A stretch of 60,352 bases of DNA, the filler included, from Nitrospinae bacterium RIFCSPLOWO2_12_FULL_45_22 (GTDB lineage: Bacteria > 2-12-FULL-45-22), in NCBI GenBank assembly GCA_001803565.1. It is 8 parts of 8 records of this genome, joined end to end, with 100 filler letters (N's around TTAATTAATTAA, not from the genome) between each part and the next. Parts side by side here need not be neighbours in the genome. Positions count along the whole stretch, not along the records: positions 14,578 to 28,595 come from MHDQ01000186.1; positions 28,696 to 33,757 come from MHDQ01000187.1; 6 more parts are not named here. The stretch is one strand, 5' to 3'. Below are positions 20,088-29,980 of this stretch, piece after piece (position 1 is the first letter of the stretch; the number at the start of each line of letters is the position of its first letter). A program made the position numbers and the translations under genes. The notes under the pieces were generated by a model. That model saw only the letters and a program-made list of their open reading frames with translations. It ran no database searches and was not told the DNA's origin.

Positions 20088-22061
20088 ATGCTAACTCACG
20101 GTGAAATAAATTCTAAAGAGGACGAAAACCGGCATAAGCAAACAAACCTAAATAAGGTCGCGACATTTTTTTGTGGGAAAAGGATTGTATTATCATCCAT
20201 CCTGTTCTTAACTTTCGTTATTCGAGTAATTTACATCAGCCAAACTGCGGATACACTCTTTTATAAAAACCTAGTTCTGGATCAACTCTTTTATGATGAA
20301 TGGGCAAGGGAAATACTTACGGGTAATGGGGCGCGGGAAGGTGTTAACATTATGGGACCGCTATATCCCTTCTTTCTGGTTTTGATATATCGTATCTTTG
20401 GCCAAAGTTTGTATATGGTCAGGTTTATACAAATATTGATAAGCACATTCGCTTGTTTCTTAACATTTATTATTTCCCAGAAATTATTCAATCGCACAGT
20501 AGGTATCATCTCAGCTTTAATTTTCAGTTGTTACGGGACCCTTATATATTACGATGCCCTCTTATTGGAACCCTCCCTTACAGCATGCCTGACTCTATTA
20601 ATGATTTTATCAGTATTGAAGGCTATAGAGGAAGAAAAATACCTCTATTGGGTTCTCGGGGGAGGGTGTTTGGGATTAGCAGCTTTGGCTCGGCCCAATA
20701 TCTTATTATTTGCCGCTGTTATGTTGATCTGGTTTTTTTTCTCGAGAAGGAAGGCACCAGAAGGGAGACCTATTTTGTACGGGGTCAGTTTCTATCTAGG
20801 AATAATTTTAATCCTTTCCCCTATAACCTTAAAAAACTATTTGCTTACCAGAGAATTCTTATTAATAAGCTCTCAAGGTGGCATAAATTTTTACATTGGT
20901 AATAACCCTCAGGCAAGTGGGACTTATTCTTCCATAGAGAGGGTCTCTGATACCCCGGGTAGACAATTTGTCGATGCCAAAAAGATTGCGGAAGATACCT
21001 TAAAGAGAAAATTAAAACCCGCTGAAGTATCAAGGTTTTGGTATTTCCAGGGTCTTGTTTTTGTAAAAGATGATCCTTGGCAGGCTTTATCACTACTTAT
21101 GAAAAAGTTTACCCTCTTTTGGAATGCCGCAGAACTTCCTTTAAATGAAGACTATGAATTCAATAAAAGATTTTCTTCCTTACTGCGGCTCCCTTTGCCC
21201 TCTTTTGGACTAATTGCCCCTTTTGCTTTATTAGGGATTGCCCTATCCCTGCCCAGTTGGAGAAAAGCAAATATGTTTATATTGCATCTTTTTATTGGTG
21301 CTTATATGCTTTCCGTCATCAATTTCTTTATAACAGCACGATACCGCTTACCCATCATACCTTTACTAATTATTTTCGCTTCCTATGCCATCTATTGGTG
21401 CTTAATAAGGGCCGGGGAGAAAAAATGGAGACAAATAGGAGCATTCATTGGATTATTCCTGATCCTTTATAAAATAGCTAACATTGAGATTCTAAAAACA
21501 GATTTTGCTAGTTCCCATATAAATCTTGGTGTCATCTATAATAAAACTGGTATGTTTGATCTAGCCATAAGGGAATTAAAAGAGGCACTCAATGAACGTC
21601 CAGACTATGCAGAAGCCCATTACTATCTCGGTATTGTCTATTCAAACAAAGGATGGCAGGAACAGGCCATTAGAGAATATAAGCGCGCCTTAGCGATAAA
21701 ACCTAACCTGCCTGAAGTTCACAATAATCTAGGAGTGATATTTAAAGAGGAGCGTCTTATCCAGCAGGCTATAGAAGAGATCAAAGAAGCTATAGAACTA
21801 AGGCCCGAATATCCGGAGGCTCATTATAATCTCGGGGTTGTGTATGGAGATATGAGATTATACAATGAGGCAATTAAAAAATATAAACAGGCATTACAAA
21901 TTAAACCCAATTTCCCTGAGGCCCATAACAATCTGGGAATAATTTACAGAGAGAGAGGATGGATTAGTTTGGCAGAGGAAGAATTTAAGAAGGCCCTGGC
22001 AATAAAAGCCGATTATGCCGAAGCAGCTCATAATCTCAAGATTATCTATTCCGTGAAATAA
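20088..22061 (+). CDS. GT-C/PMT-like membrane glycosyltransferase with C-terminal TPR repeats
   Basis: D..FYDEWA, GPLYPFFL, GLAALARPNIL, GGINFYIGNNP, ARYRLP; about five TPRs (P.Y.EAH.NLG). Confidence 0.85.
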   Translation: MLTHGEINSKEDENRHKQTNLNKVATFFCGKRIVLSSILFLTFVIRVIYISQTADTLFYKNLVLDQLFYDEWAREILTGNGAREGVNIMGPLYPFFLVLIYRIFGQSLYMVRFIQILISTFACFLTFIISQKLFNRTVGIISALIFSCYGTLIYYDALLLEPSLTACLTLLMILSVLKAIEEEKYLYWVLGGGCLGLAALARPNILLFAAVMLIWFFFSRRKAPEGRPILYGVSFYLGIILILSPITLKNYLLTREFLLISSQGGINFYIGNNPQASGTYSSIERVSDTPGRQFVDAKKIAEDTLKRKLKPAEVSRFWYFQGLVFVKDDPWQALSLLMKKFTLFWNAAELPLNEDYEFNKRFSSLLRLPLPSFGLIAPFALLGIALSLPSWRKANMFILHLFIGAYMLSVINFFITARYRLPIIPLLIIFASYAIYWCLIRAGEKKWRQIGAFIGLFLILYKIANIEILKTDFASSHINLGVIYNKTGMFDLAIRELKEALNERPDYAEAHYYLGIVYSNKGWQEQAIREYKRALAIKPNLPEVHNNLGVIFKEERLIQQAIEEIKEAIELRPEYPEAHYNLGVVYGDMRLYNEAIKKYKQALQIKPNFPEAHNNLGIIYRERGWISLAEEEFKKALAIKADYAEAAHNLKIIYSVK

Positions 22062-22094
22062 AGGGCATAGCTATCTATAGCGAGGATATTACCG

Positions 22095-25000
22095 ATGTCA
22101 AAGAAAGTTCCGGTAGGGGGGCTGATTGGTTTAGCAATATCCTTATTTATTGCGAGCGGGATTTCATCGGCAGAGACCTATGTCAGTTACAATATAACGC
22201 AAGATACTACTTGGACTGAGGAAGGAAGCCCATATATTATCATCAGGACTATCAGTGTCTACCCATCCGCAACCCTCACGATTAAACCAGGAGTAAAAAT
22301 AAAGTTTGATGGCTATTACTCTCTACAGATAGGTGGTACATTAGTTGCCCAAGGTACTTCACAGAAGTATATTACCTTTACTTCCAATAAAGCAAACCCA
22401 TCCCCTGGTGATTGGGATAGAATCTATTTCTTAGACAGTAGCGAAGATGCCCGATTTGACGATGCCGGCAATTATCTCAGTGGTAGTATATTGGAATATT
22501 GCAAAATAGAATATGGCGGCGGTTCTCGTTATGGTAATATAGGTGTAATTTACGCTGATCAGCCCGCTTCTCCGGCTATCATCCGTAATACTATCAGCAA
22601 AAATGCCAGTGATGCCGTCTATCTGCCGGGAAATTCTTCTTCTATGATCACGAGTAATGTTATCACCGACAACAGCGGACTTGGTATCTATTGTCCCGGC
22701 TCTTCTCTAAAAATTGAAAATAACACGATCTCTAATAATGCGACAGGAATTTGGGGATCAGCAAAATCCATTAGTAATAATTTTATCCATGGTAACCGGG
22801 GAGGAGGTATCGGGATTGATGCCGATTCAACCATAACAAACAATATCATCCTCAATAATACTTACAGTGGAATCTATATATACTCCAGTACATCCATTAT
22901 CTCTGGTAATAAAGTCATTAATAATGGAGATGATGGAATTCTCGGTACCGAAAGTAACGCTCTTATCGTCAATAATTCTATCATTGGAAACAGGGGTTAT
23001 GGTATTAATTGTTATAATGATAAAGTTGAAAATAATACGGTCACAAAAAATAAGGGTGGGATTAAAAATGCCCTTAAAGCCCACCTAAACAATATTTTTG
23101 ATAATACGGACTATGATTATCTAAGTAGTACTTCCACCGATGTTGATGCAGCAAATAACTGGTGGGGCACTACTGATACTGCCGAAATAGATAAGCATAT
23201 CTATGACTATTGGGATAATATCACCCTGGGCAAGGTAAATTATCCCCCCATATTAGACGCACCTAACCTGGAAGCCCCACCTCTCCCCCCTACTGGATTA
23301 AAAGCCACAGTAGAAGATAATAAGATATCCTTGACCTGGAAAAGATCTGAGCAGAACGATTTAGCGGGCTATAAAGTATATTATGATACCGATTCTGGCT
23401 ACCCTTATGGCGGCAAGAATGCCGCGGAGGGAGATTCTCCTATAGATGTGGGCAATAGGATAAGCTATCAATTGACCGGTTTATCGGATGGCATATATTT
23501 TTTCTCTATCACGGCCTACGATACACAAGGCAACGAGAGCTGGCATTCTGATGAGGTAGAAATTAAAGTAGGGACTGGCGTAGATGCCACCCCACCATCT
23601 GGCACCATCCTTATCAACGATGGTGCCGAGAAAACCAACTCCATCTTGGTTGATCTAACTTTATCTGCCGCTGATGAAGGGATTGGTATGGGTGAAGGGG
23701 CTCGGATGCGGTTCAGTAACGATAATAAGACATGGTCAGACCTGGAGCCTTATAGCACTACTAAGGCCGACTGGGACCTGAGGGCCTATGGTGGCAGCCC
23801 GGATGAAGGGACCAAGACCGTCTATGCCCTGTTCAGTGATGCTGCTGGCAACTGGATTACCCGGGCCGTCAGTGATACCATTGAATACATCAGTGGCATA
23901 GATACCACTCCCCCCAGTTCTACCATCACTGCCCCCGAAAACGGGGCCACGGTATCCGGTAAGGTCTATACCATCAAAGGGACCGCCACAGATGATAAGT
24001 CCGGTGTTGATTTGATAGAAGTAAGCACCGATGGCGGGACAAGCTGGCAAAAGGCTACTGGCACCACTAACTGGCAGTATGACTGGACACTGCCTGCCGA
24101 TGGTACTTATACTATTAAGTCTAGGGCCACAGATAAAGATGGCAATATAGAGACCCCCGGAGATGGGATTACGGTCATTGTAGATAACCAGGGTATCTCT
24201 ACCCCTACGGGCCTCACCGCTCAGGGTGGGGCCAAGAGCGTTAACCTATCCTGGAAGGCCAATACCGAGAGTGACCTGGCCGGATACAACCTCTACCGGG
24301 AAATTGACCCAACGGGAAATTATACTACCAAGATAAACCAGGAACTGATAAAGACTACCAGCTATACCGATGAAGCTGTTGACCAGGGGAATACTTACTG
24401 GTATAAGATAACGGCCGTTGATCTGTCCGGTAATGAGAGCAATAAGTCCGCAGCGGTCTCCGCTAAGGTAGGGGCCATTACCGTATGGATGCCCGATATC
24501 AAAGGAGAGGCCGGGGACAAGGTAAGCCTGCCGATCAATGTCAGCAATGCTACCGGTGTGGGTTCTACTGCCGCCGGGATAGATATTAAGTTGAACTATA
24601 ACCCAAACCTGCTGACCCCTACCCAGGTCAGCACGACCAACCTGACCAAGGGCTTTACTCTGTATGACAATATCTCCCAGGCCACTGGTCAGCTCAATAT
24701 CAGTGGGGTGAACCGCACGGGTAGTACTATCACCGGGGAAGGATACCTGGTAGAGGTAGAGTATTCCATAAATAGAGAGGCCGTGGAAGGGGCTACCGCC
24801 ACCTTAAGCTTTGTAGAGGTCAAGCTATATGATGATGCTGCCAATTCTTTGACAGTAGATTATACTGATACTGCTACCTTTACTGTAGGGGCGGCCTATA
24901 AGCGGGGAGACCTTAATGGAGACGGTTCCGTGGATTCCGCCGATGCCCTGATAGCCATGAAGATCGCCACCGGGGAGATAGAGCCTAGTAAGGAACAAAA

Positions 25001-26246
25001 ACAAGCCGGTGATATCGATGGGAATGGGAAGATAAATACTGCCGATGCGATCCTGATCCTGCGGATGGCGGTGGGGCTTGATATACATCCCTCTTCCTCA
25101 GTAGCCAGCAATGTTATAAAGGCTCTAAAGATATTTGCCTCTAGCCATACTATAAACGTAACCATTGGAGACCATCCTGGTGAGGCGGGTTCTGCCATTA
25201 CGGTCCCCATAATAATAGATAATCTGGCAGGGGTAGCGGGGGCCGATATCCTATTAACATTTGACCCGGATATCCTTACTGCTACCGGGGCCTCTACTAC
25301 CAGCCTGAGTACTGGCTTTAATCTGCAATATAAGATTACTACTGGGGCTATAGCCATATCCATCCTCAGTACTACCGAGCTATCCGAGGGCAGCGGCGCC
25401 TTTGTCAATGTAGGCTTCCAGGTAAATCAAGGGGCCAATATTGGAGCCAGCACATCCCTTACCCTGGCACAAGCCAGTCTGTATAGCCAATACGGTAGAG
25501 ACCTATCCCTAGATCATAGTGTTAAGGCTACTAATGGGAAATTCACGGTAGCTCACAGTACGCCCACTGGCTTGAAGGCCACGGTAGAAGGTAAGACCGT
25601 GCATATCCAATGGCAGGCAAACAGCGAAGCTGATATTGATCATTACAATATCTATGTGGGGTATGCCTCCAAAGCCTATGACCTGGACGGTAGCCCATTT
25701 AATGTAGGCAATATTACCTCTATCACTGCCCCAGATGTCCCGGATGGTACTTATTACTTGGCTCTCAGTGCCGTAAATAGTGCTGGCCAAGAGAGTAGCT
25801 TATCGGAAGAGATAAAGCTAGTGGTGGGTGCTAAACCCAGTATTACCATAAGCACTAATAAGGATAGCTATTCCCCCGGCGATACTCTTACCCTTTCCTT
25901 TGCTATCAGCAACCCCACGGCGACTACTCAGGTAGTAGATATTTTTCTTGGCATTATCGCACCAGATGGTAGTATCTACTTTTTTGACTCATCCCCCTTT
26001 CAAAGGAATTTAATCCCAGCCAAGATAGATGATCCCAGGAGCTTTATCCCAGCTAGCACTTCTTTGGAACTGAAGCCAGGATATGATTTCCCCTTGATGC
26101 CTTTCTTCTCAGTAGCCTTACCCAGCAATCTGCCAGAGGGTACTTATCACGCCTTTGGTGCCTTGGCTGAACCCGGCTCTGTCCAGGCAGGTGCTCCTAA
26201 AATAATTGGGGATATCAGTATCACTTCCTTCGGCTATTCTCCTTAA
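22095..26246 (+). CDS. Large secreted protein: beta-helix, FN3, Ig-like, cohesin-dockerin-cohesin, FN3 and conserved C-terminal module
   Basis: Signal peptide; DTTWT.EGSPY and I.NN.I..N beta-helix repeats; DAANNWWG; dockerin GDLNGDGSVDSADA...GDIDGNGKINTADAILIL flanked by cohesin-like domains. Confidence 0.85.
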   Translation: MSKKVPVGGLIGLAISLFIASGISSAETYVSYNITQDTTWTEEGSPYIIIRTISVYPSATLTIKPGVKIKFDGYYSLQIGGTLVAQGTSQKYITFTSNKANPSPGDWDRIYFLDSSEDARFDDAGNYLSGSILEYCKIEYGGGSRYGNIGVIYADQPASPAIIRNTISKNASDAVYLPGNSSSMITSNVITDNSGLGIYCPGSSLKIENNTISNNATGIWGSAKSISNNFIHGNRGGGIGIDADSTITNNIILNNTYSGIYIYSSTSIISGNKVINNGDDGILGTESNALIVNNSIIGNRGYGINCYNDKVENNTVTKNKGGIKNALKAHLNNIFDNTDYDYLSSTSTDVDAANNWWGTTDTAEIDKHIYDYWDNITLGKVNYPPILDAPNLEAPPLPPTGLKATVEDNKISLTWKRSEQNDLAGYKVYYDTDSGYPYGGKNAAEGDSPIDVGNRISYQLTGLSDGIYFFSITAYDTQGNESWHSDEVEIKVGTGVDATPPSGTILINDGAEKTNSILVDLTLSAADEGIGMGEGARMRFSNDNKTWSDLEPYSTTKADWDLRAYGGSPDEGTKTVYALFSDAAGNWITRAVSDTIEYISGIDTTPPSSTITAPENGATVSGKVYTIKGTATDDKSGVDLIEVSTDGGTSWQKATGTTNWQYDWTLPADGTYTIKSRATDKDGNIETPGDGITVIVDNQGISTPTGLTAQGGAKSVNLSWKANTESDLAGYNLYREIDPTGNYTTKINQELIKTTSYTDEAVDQGNTYWYKITAVDLSGNESNKSAAVSAKVGAITVWMPDIKGEAGDKVSLPINVSNATGVGSTAAGIDIKLNYNPNLLTPTQVSTTNLTKGFTLYDNISQATGQLNISGVNRTGSTITGEGYLVEVEYSINREAVEGATATLSFVEVKLYDDAANSLTVDYTDTATFTVGAAYKRGDLNGDGSVDSADALIAMKIATGEIEPSKEQKQAGDIDGNGKINTADAILILRMAVGLDIHPSSSVASNVIKALKIFASSHTINVTIGDHPGEAGSAITVPIIIDNLAGVAGADILLTFDPDILTATGASTTSLSTGFNLQYKITTGAIAISILSTTELSEGSGAFVNVGFQVNQGANIGASTSLTLAQASLYSQYGRDLSLDHSVKATNGKFTVAHSTPTGLKATVEGKTVHIQWQANSEADIDHYNIYVGYASKAYDLDGSPFNVGNITSITAPDVPDGTYYLALSAVNSAGQESSLSEEIKLVVGAKPSITISTNKDSYSPGDTLTLSFAISNPTATTQVVDIFLGIIAPDGSIYFFDSSPFQRNLIPAKIDDPRSFIPASTSLELKPGYDFPLMPFFSVALPSNLPEGTYHAFGALAEPGSVQAGAPKIIGDISITSFGYSP

Positions 26247-26539
26247 TAGTGTTGGATGTAACCTTAGGTTAGATGGCCTTTAAATCCGGAAGAGTGAATA
26301 TTTCCGGAAGAAATCCATAGTCCTAGTAGTTCTTTATTAGGTGTGGACTTCTTACGAGAAAGCTGCCCCCAAGGAATTAAGCAATCCATTAGGTCTATCC
26401 CCTAATGCCGTCAGAAGGTGTGATATTTGCCCCCCACTAATTCTGCGCGGGCTTCACATTATCTTTTTGATTATTACCTACACCAGCCTTTGTAGAGATG
26501 CCAGATCTATTGTGAATTGTTGTACTGATCGAGCAAGTT

Positions 26540-26597
26540 AACGCAGGCTAAAGCCTGCGACTACCCCAAAACCGCATTATTAAAATGAAAATTCCTA
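26540..26597. repeat. GTAG-type REP-like hairpin plus repeated element end
   Basis: CGCAGGCTAAAGCCTGCG-ACTAC; CCCAAAACCGCATTATTAAAATGAAAATTCCT recurs at about 48776-48807. Confidence 0.65.
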
Positions 26598-26649
26598 TAC
26601 TATTAAATTATGGTGGGATGAAGAAGGCCATATTTATGGCATTGATATT

Positions 26650-26796
26650 ATGCCATTTATGGAAGAGTTAGAAGAATTCAAGAAAAATCTAAACACGATA
26701 CGTTTGGGTGGTATTTGGAAAGGTATAAAGATTACAGAGGAAGATATTAAAGAAATACGAAGGGATTTGCTAAAGAAACTTGAGGAGAAATGGTAA
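26650..26796 (+). CDS. Putative antitoxin (possibly 5' truncated)
   Basis: 48 aa ...LGGIWKGIKITEEDIKEIRR...; its TAA overlaps the toxin ATG; not in the ORF track. Confidence 0.6.
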   Translation: MPFMEELEEFKKNLNTIRLGGIWKGIKITEEDIKEIRRDLLKKLEEKW

Positions 26797-27185
26797 TGCC
26801 CTTTGTTACCGACACTCACTCTTTAGTTTGGCATATAACGGATAATCCTAAACTTTCCACCGAAGCGAGAGAGATTTTTCAAAAAGTGGATAATTTTCAG
26901 GATTATATTTTCATTCCTTGTATTGTCTTTTTTGAATTACTCTATCTCATCGAAAAGAAAAGGATTGTTGCTGATTTTGATAGTTTTCTTGCAATGGTAT
27001 CTTCAGCGAAGAATTATAGGATAGAGCCGTTATGTCTGCCAATAATTGAAAAAAGTAAAAGAATCCCCAAAAGGGTGTCCGATCCTTGGGATAGATTAAT
27101 TGCTGCTACCTCAATGCATTTGAATTTCCCTTTGATAACTCGGGATGAGACCCTGAGAGAGATAGGGTTGGAGGTTATATGGTGA
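26796..27185 (+). CDS. VapC/PIN toxin
   Basis: VTDTHSLVW, FFELLYL, DPWDRLIAAT, LITRD. Confidence 0.9.
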   Translation: MPFVTDTHSLVWHITDNPKLSTEAREIFQKVDNFQDYIFIPCIVFFELLYLIEKKRIVADFDSFLAMVSSAKNYRIEPLCLPIIEKSKRIPKRVSDPWDRLIAATSMHLNFPLITRDETLREIGLEVIW

Positions 27186-27487
27186 CAGGCCCGGCACAGC
27201 GTATAACACGGTCTATGGGGAAAATGGATGAACAATTGTCCGTCAGAGACGGTTGTATAATTACCTCCTTTTCCTCTAGGGTTCTTTCCCAGAAAAAATC
27301 TCCTTTCAACTCTTCTTTACCCACCAAAAACTAGACCACTAATCTAATTGATGATATCCTTAATTCCCTAAATGCCTTTGACCGAGGATCGCTGAATACG
27401 GGATATAGCTTGTTAAATGAGGGGATTTGTGGTTTAATTAATAAATTACTATAGAGTTATATCAGATATAATCTCGTGAGAAAAGCT

Positions 27488-27871
27488 ATGTATGCGCTTA
27501 CTGTGAAGTCGGGATTTGCTGCCGCTCATCAACTGCGGGGTTATCAAGGGGCTTGCGAAAACCTGCATGGCCACAATTGGAAAGTGGAAGTAACCATCAT
27601 GGCCAACAAATTAAATGAACTAGGCATAGTAATAGATTTCCGGGAGATAAAACGGGTATTAGATGGAGTCCTGGAGAGCCTGGATCATAAGAATCTAAGC
27701 GACCTAGAACCCTTTAAAAAAGCTAATCCTACCTCGGAGAATATTTGCGCCTGGCTATTCCAGGAGTTGGATAAAAGATTATCTTCTCGAGACCTTAAAG
27801 TAAATAAGGTTACCGTCAGAGAAACGGATAATTATGCTGCCTCGTATTACCGACAAGCATCTGAGCCATAA
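27488..27871 (+). CDS. queD: 6-carboxytetrahydropterin synthase
   Basis: FAAAHQL, CENLHGHNW, IDF, LDHKNL, NPTSEN, VRET. Confidence 0.9.
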   Translation: MYALTVKSGFAAAHQLRGYQGACENLHGHNWKVEVTIMANKLNELGIVIDFREIKRVLDGVLESLDHKNLSDLEPFKKANPTSENICAWLFQELDKRLSSRDLKVNKVTVRETDNYAASYYRQASEP

Positions 27872-28595
27872 TAAAAAAATAGAGCAATTATTGAATGAGT
27901 TCTTACCACCCTCTTATTACCAGGTTTTAAGGGGGGCGAACGAGATAGCCAACGAGCTGGGGTATCCCATTTATTTAGCCGGAGGCTCAGTACGGGATTG
28001 GCTCATGGGCAAAGCAAACCTCGATCTGGACCTCGTGGTAGAAGGGGATGGCCTGATTTTTACCGAATATTTAGCCACCCGGCTCAGGACAAAATACCAG
28101 CTCCATAAGAGGTATTTGACCGCTACTATTTTTTTACCCGGGTCTTTCAAGCTCGATATTGCAACTACCAGGACAGAATACTATCCCCATCCCGCTGCCT
28201 TGCCTAGAGTGCGAAAAGGTACCTTGAAGGAAGACCTCTTCCGGCGAGACTTTACTATTAATACGCTGGCTATAAGGATTAATGGGCCCGAGGCACCTTA
28301 TTTGGTAGATTTTTTTGGTGGGGAGAAAGACCTGCATGAAGGCATTATCAAGGTATTACATCCCCTCAGTTTTGTAGATGATCCCACCCGGATACTAAGG
28401 GCCCTTCGGTTCGAACAGCGCTTTGATTTTTCCCTGGAAAGTGACACCCTGGACTATCTCAGAAAGGCCGTTGAGAAAGCGTATCTCGCCCAGGTAAAAG
28501 GAGCCAGGTTTTTCCAGGAACTCTTTCTTATCCTAAGCGAAAATAGGCCCCTAAAAGTTATCCAGCGCATGTCTGATTTTGACCTCTTAAGGTCT
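27834..28595 (+). CDS. CCA-adding enzyme / poly(A) polymerase family, 3' truncated
   Basis: AGGSVRD, DLDLVVEG, DLFRRDFTIN, SFVDDPTRILRALRF. Confidence 0.9.
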
Positions 28596-28695
28596 NNNNN
28601 NNNNNNNNNNNNNNNNNNNNNNNNNNNNNNNNNNNNNNNTTAATTAATTAANNNNNNNNNNNNNNNNNNNNNNNNNNNNNNNNNNNNNNNNNNNN

Positions 28696-29595
28696 AACGT
28701 ATACATTTGGCATTAACGCTGCTGCAAAAAGGCTTGCTATTATAATGAAGTAGAGGACATTCAATACCCGGATGCCTCCAAAACGGTCAGCCGACCATCC
28801 GCCAAGTACCCTGAAGACGCTTGCCGATATTGCAATAACAGCCGCGAATTGCCCCATATTTGCCTTGGGTATATTGTAGGCATCATGAAAGAAGGTAGGA
28901 AGGAACGTAGTAAATCCAATGTACCCACCGAAAGAGACTATATACATAATATTGAACACCCATGCGTCTTTTTCAATTATAACCTTCAGGTAATCCTTCA
29001 TCTTCTTCTTTTCCTGGTCAGGCGGCTCCTTGGCAAAGAGGGCCATCAGTGTCATAGGAATAAGCATAAGAATAATATAAAAACCATACACTGAGTGCCA
29101 GCCATAGGCAGCAGCAAGAGGAGGCGCAGTCAGCATTGCGATTACAGCGCCGCTGTTTCCGGCTCCTGATATTCCGATAGCCAGCCCCTTATACTTTGGC
29201 GGGTACCATCCGCCGCCCAGGGAAAGTGCAATACCGAATGAAGCGCCTGCTATACCAAGAGGAATACCCATCCAGATAACCTCCTGGAAGGTATCAACAA
29301 AAAAGTAACCATAGGCGAGGCCTATAGTAATCAAACCCATCTCAAGCATCGCAGCCCATTTTCGCGTAATGTATTGTGCTAAAAGACCTGTCGGGAAACG
29401 CATAAAAGCGCCTGCCAGAACCGGTACTGACAACATAAATCCCTTTTGCACAGGAGTTAGATGAAATTGCTCACTAATAAATGGAGCTACTGCCCCGTTA
29501 ACAACCCAGATTGCAAAACAGAAATCAAAATACAGGAATGCACAAAAAAGTGTTGGCCAATGACCTGATTTTAAGAATGCTTTTACGCCACCCAT
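28696..29595 (-). CDS. NarK/NasA-type nitrate/nitrite MFS transporter, 3' truncated
   Basis: GHWPTLFCAFLYFD, GIAGASF, GISGAGNSG, SFGGYIG, RVLGGWSADRFGG. Confidence 0.9.
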
Positions 29596-29770
29596 GATGA
29601 AAACCTCCTTCCCCGTTAATCAGGGGAATTTACTATATAAATACACAGCGATGGTTATTTGATAAAAGTAATACTACTTATTATAATAACGACTATTACG
29701 GATCTTAATTTTGCTGAATATTAATGCAACTCTTTTATCCCTCCTTTCCAATCCCTTTGAGACTGGATGT

Positions 29771-29786
29771 TGCAAGACAAGTGCCA
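29771..29786 (-). promoter_or_regulatory. Sigma-54 (-24/-12) promoter for the NarK gene
   Basis: Minus strand reads TGGCAC-TTGTC-TTGCA, a full consensus match; an NtrC-family activator gene is adjacent. Confidence 0.85.
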
Positions 29787-29864
29787 TAACATATATACAT
29801 GCTTATCTATTTGATATTACAAGGTTATTCGTATTTATCCACTGGATTGCACGGATATTATTAC

Positions 29865-29979
29865 GTTACATAAACGTAACACAATAACGGACAAGATTAT
29901 AGATAACCGTTATGATTAGCCATGTTTGAGGAAATAAATGAAGTGGGGGGGGGAATCGGAAATGTTACCAATAAGTAAC
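29865..29979. promoter_or_regulatory. Two palindromic GTTAC-N6-GTAAC sites (putative enhancer)
   Basis: GTTACATAAACGTAAC at 29865-29880 and GTTACCAATAAGTAAC at 29964-29979, upstream of the sigma-54 promoter. Confidence 0.65.
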
Positions 29980-29980
29980 A

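Noticed and set aside
27488-27871. queD as part of a 7-deazaguanine DNA-modification system with the glycosyltransferase or MTase
   Set aside because: The genes are on different contigs, no dpdA/tgt-like gene is adjacent, and the context is housekeeping.
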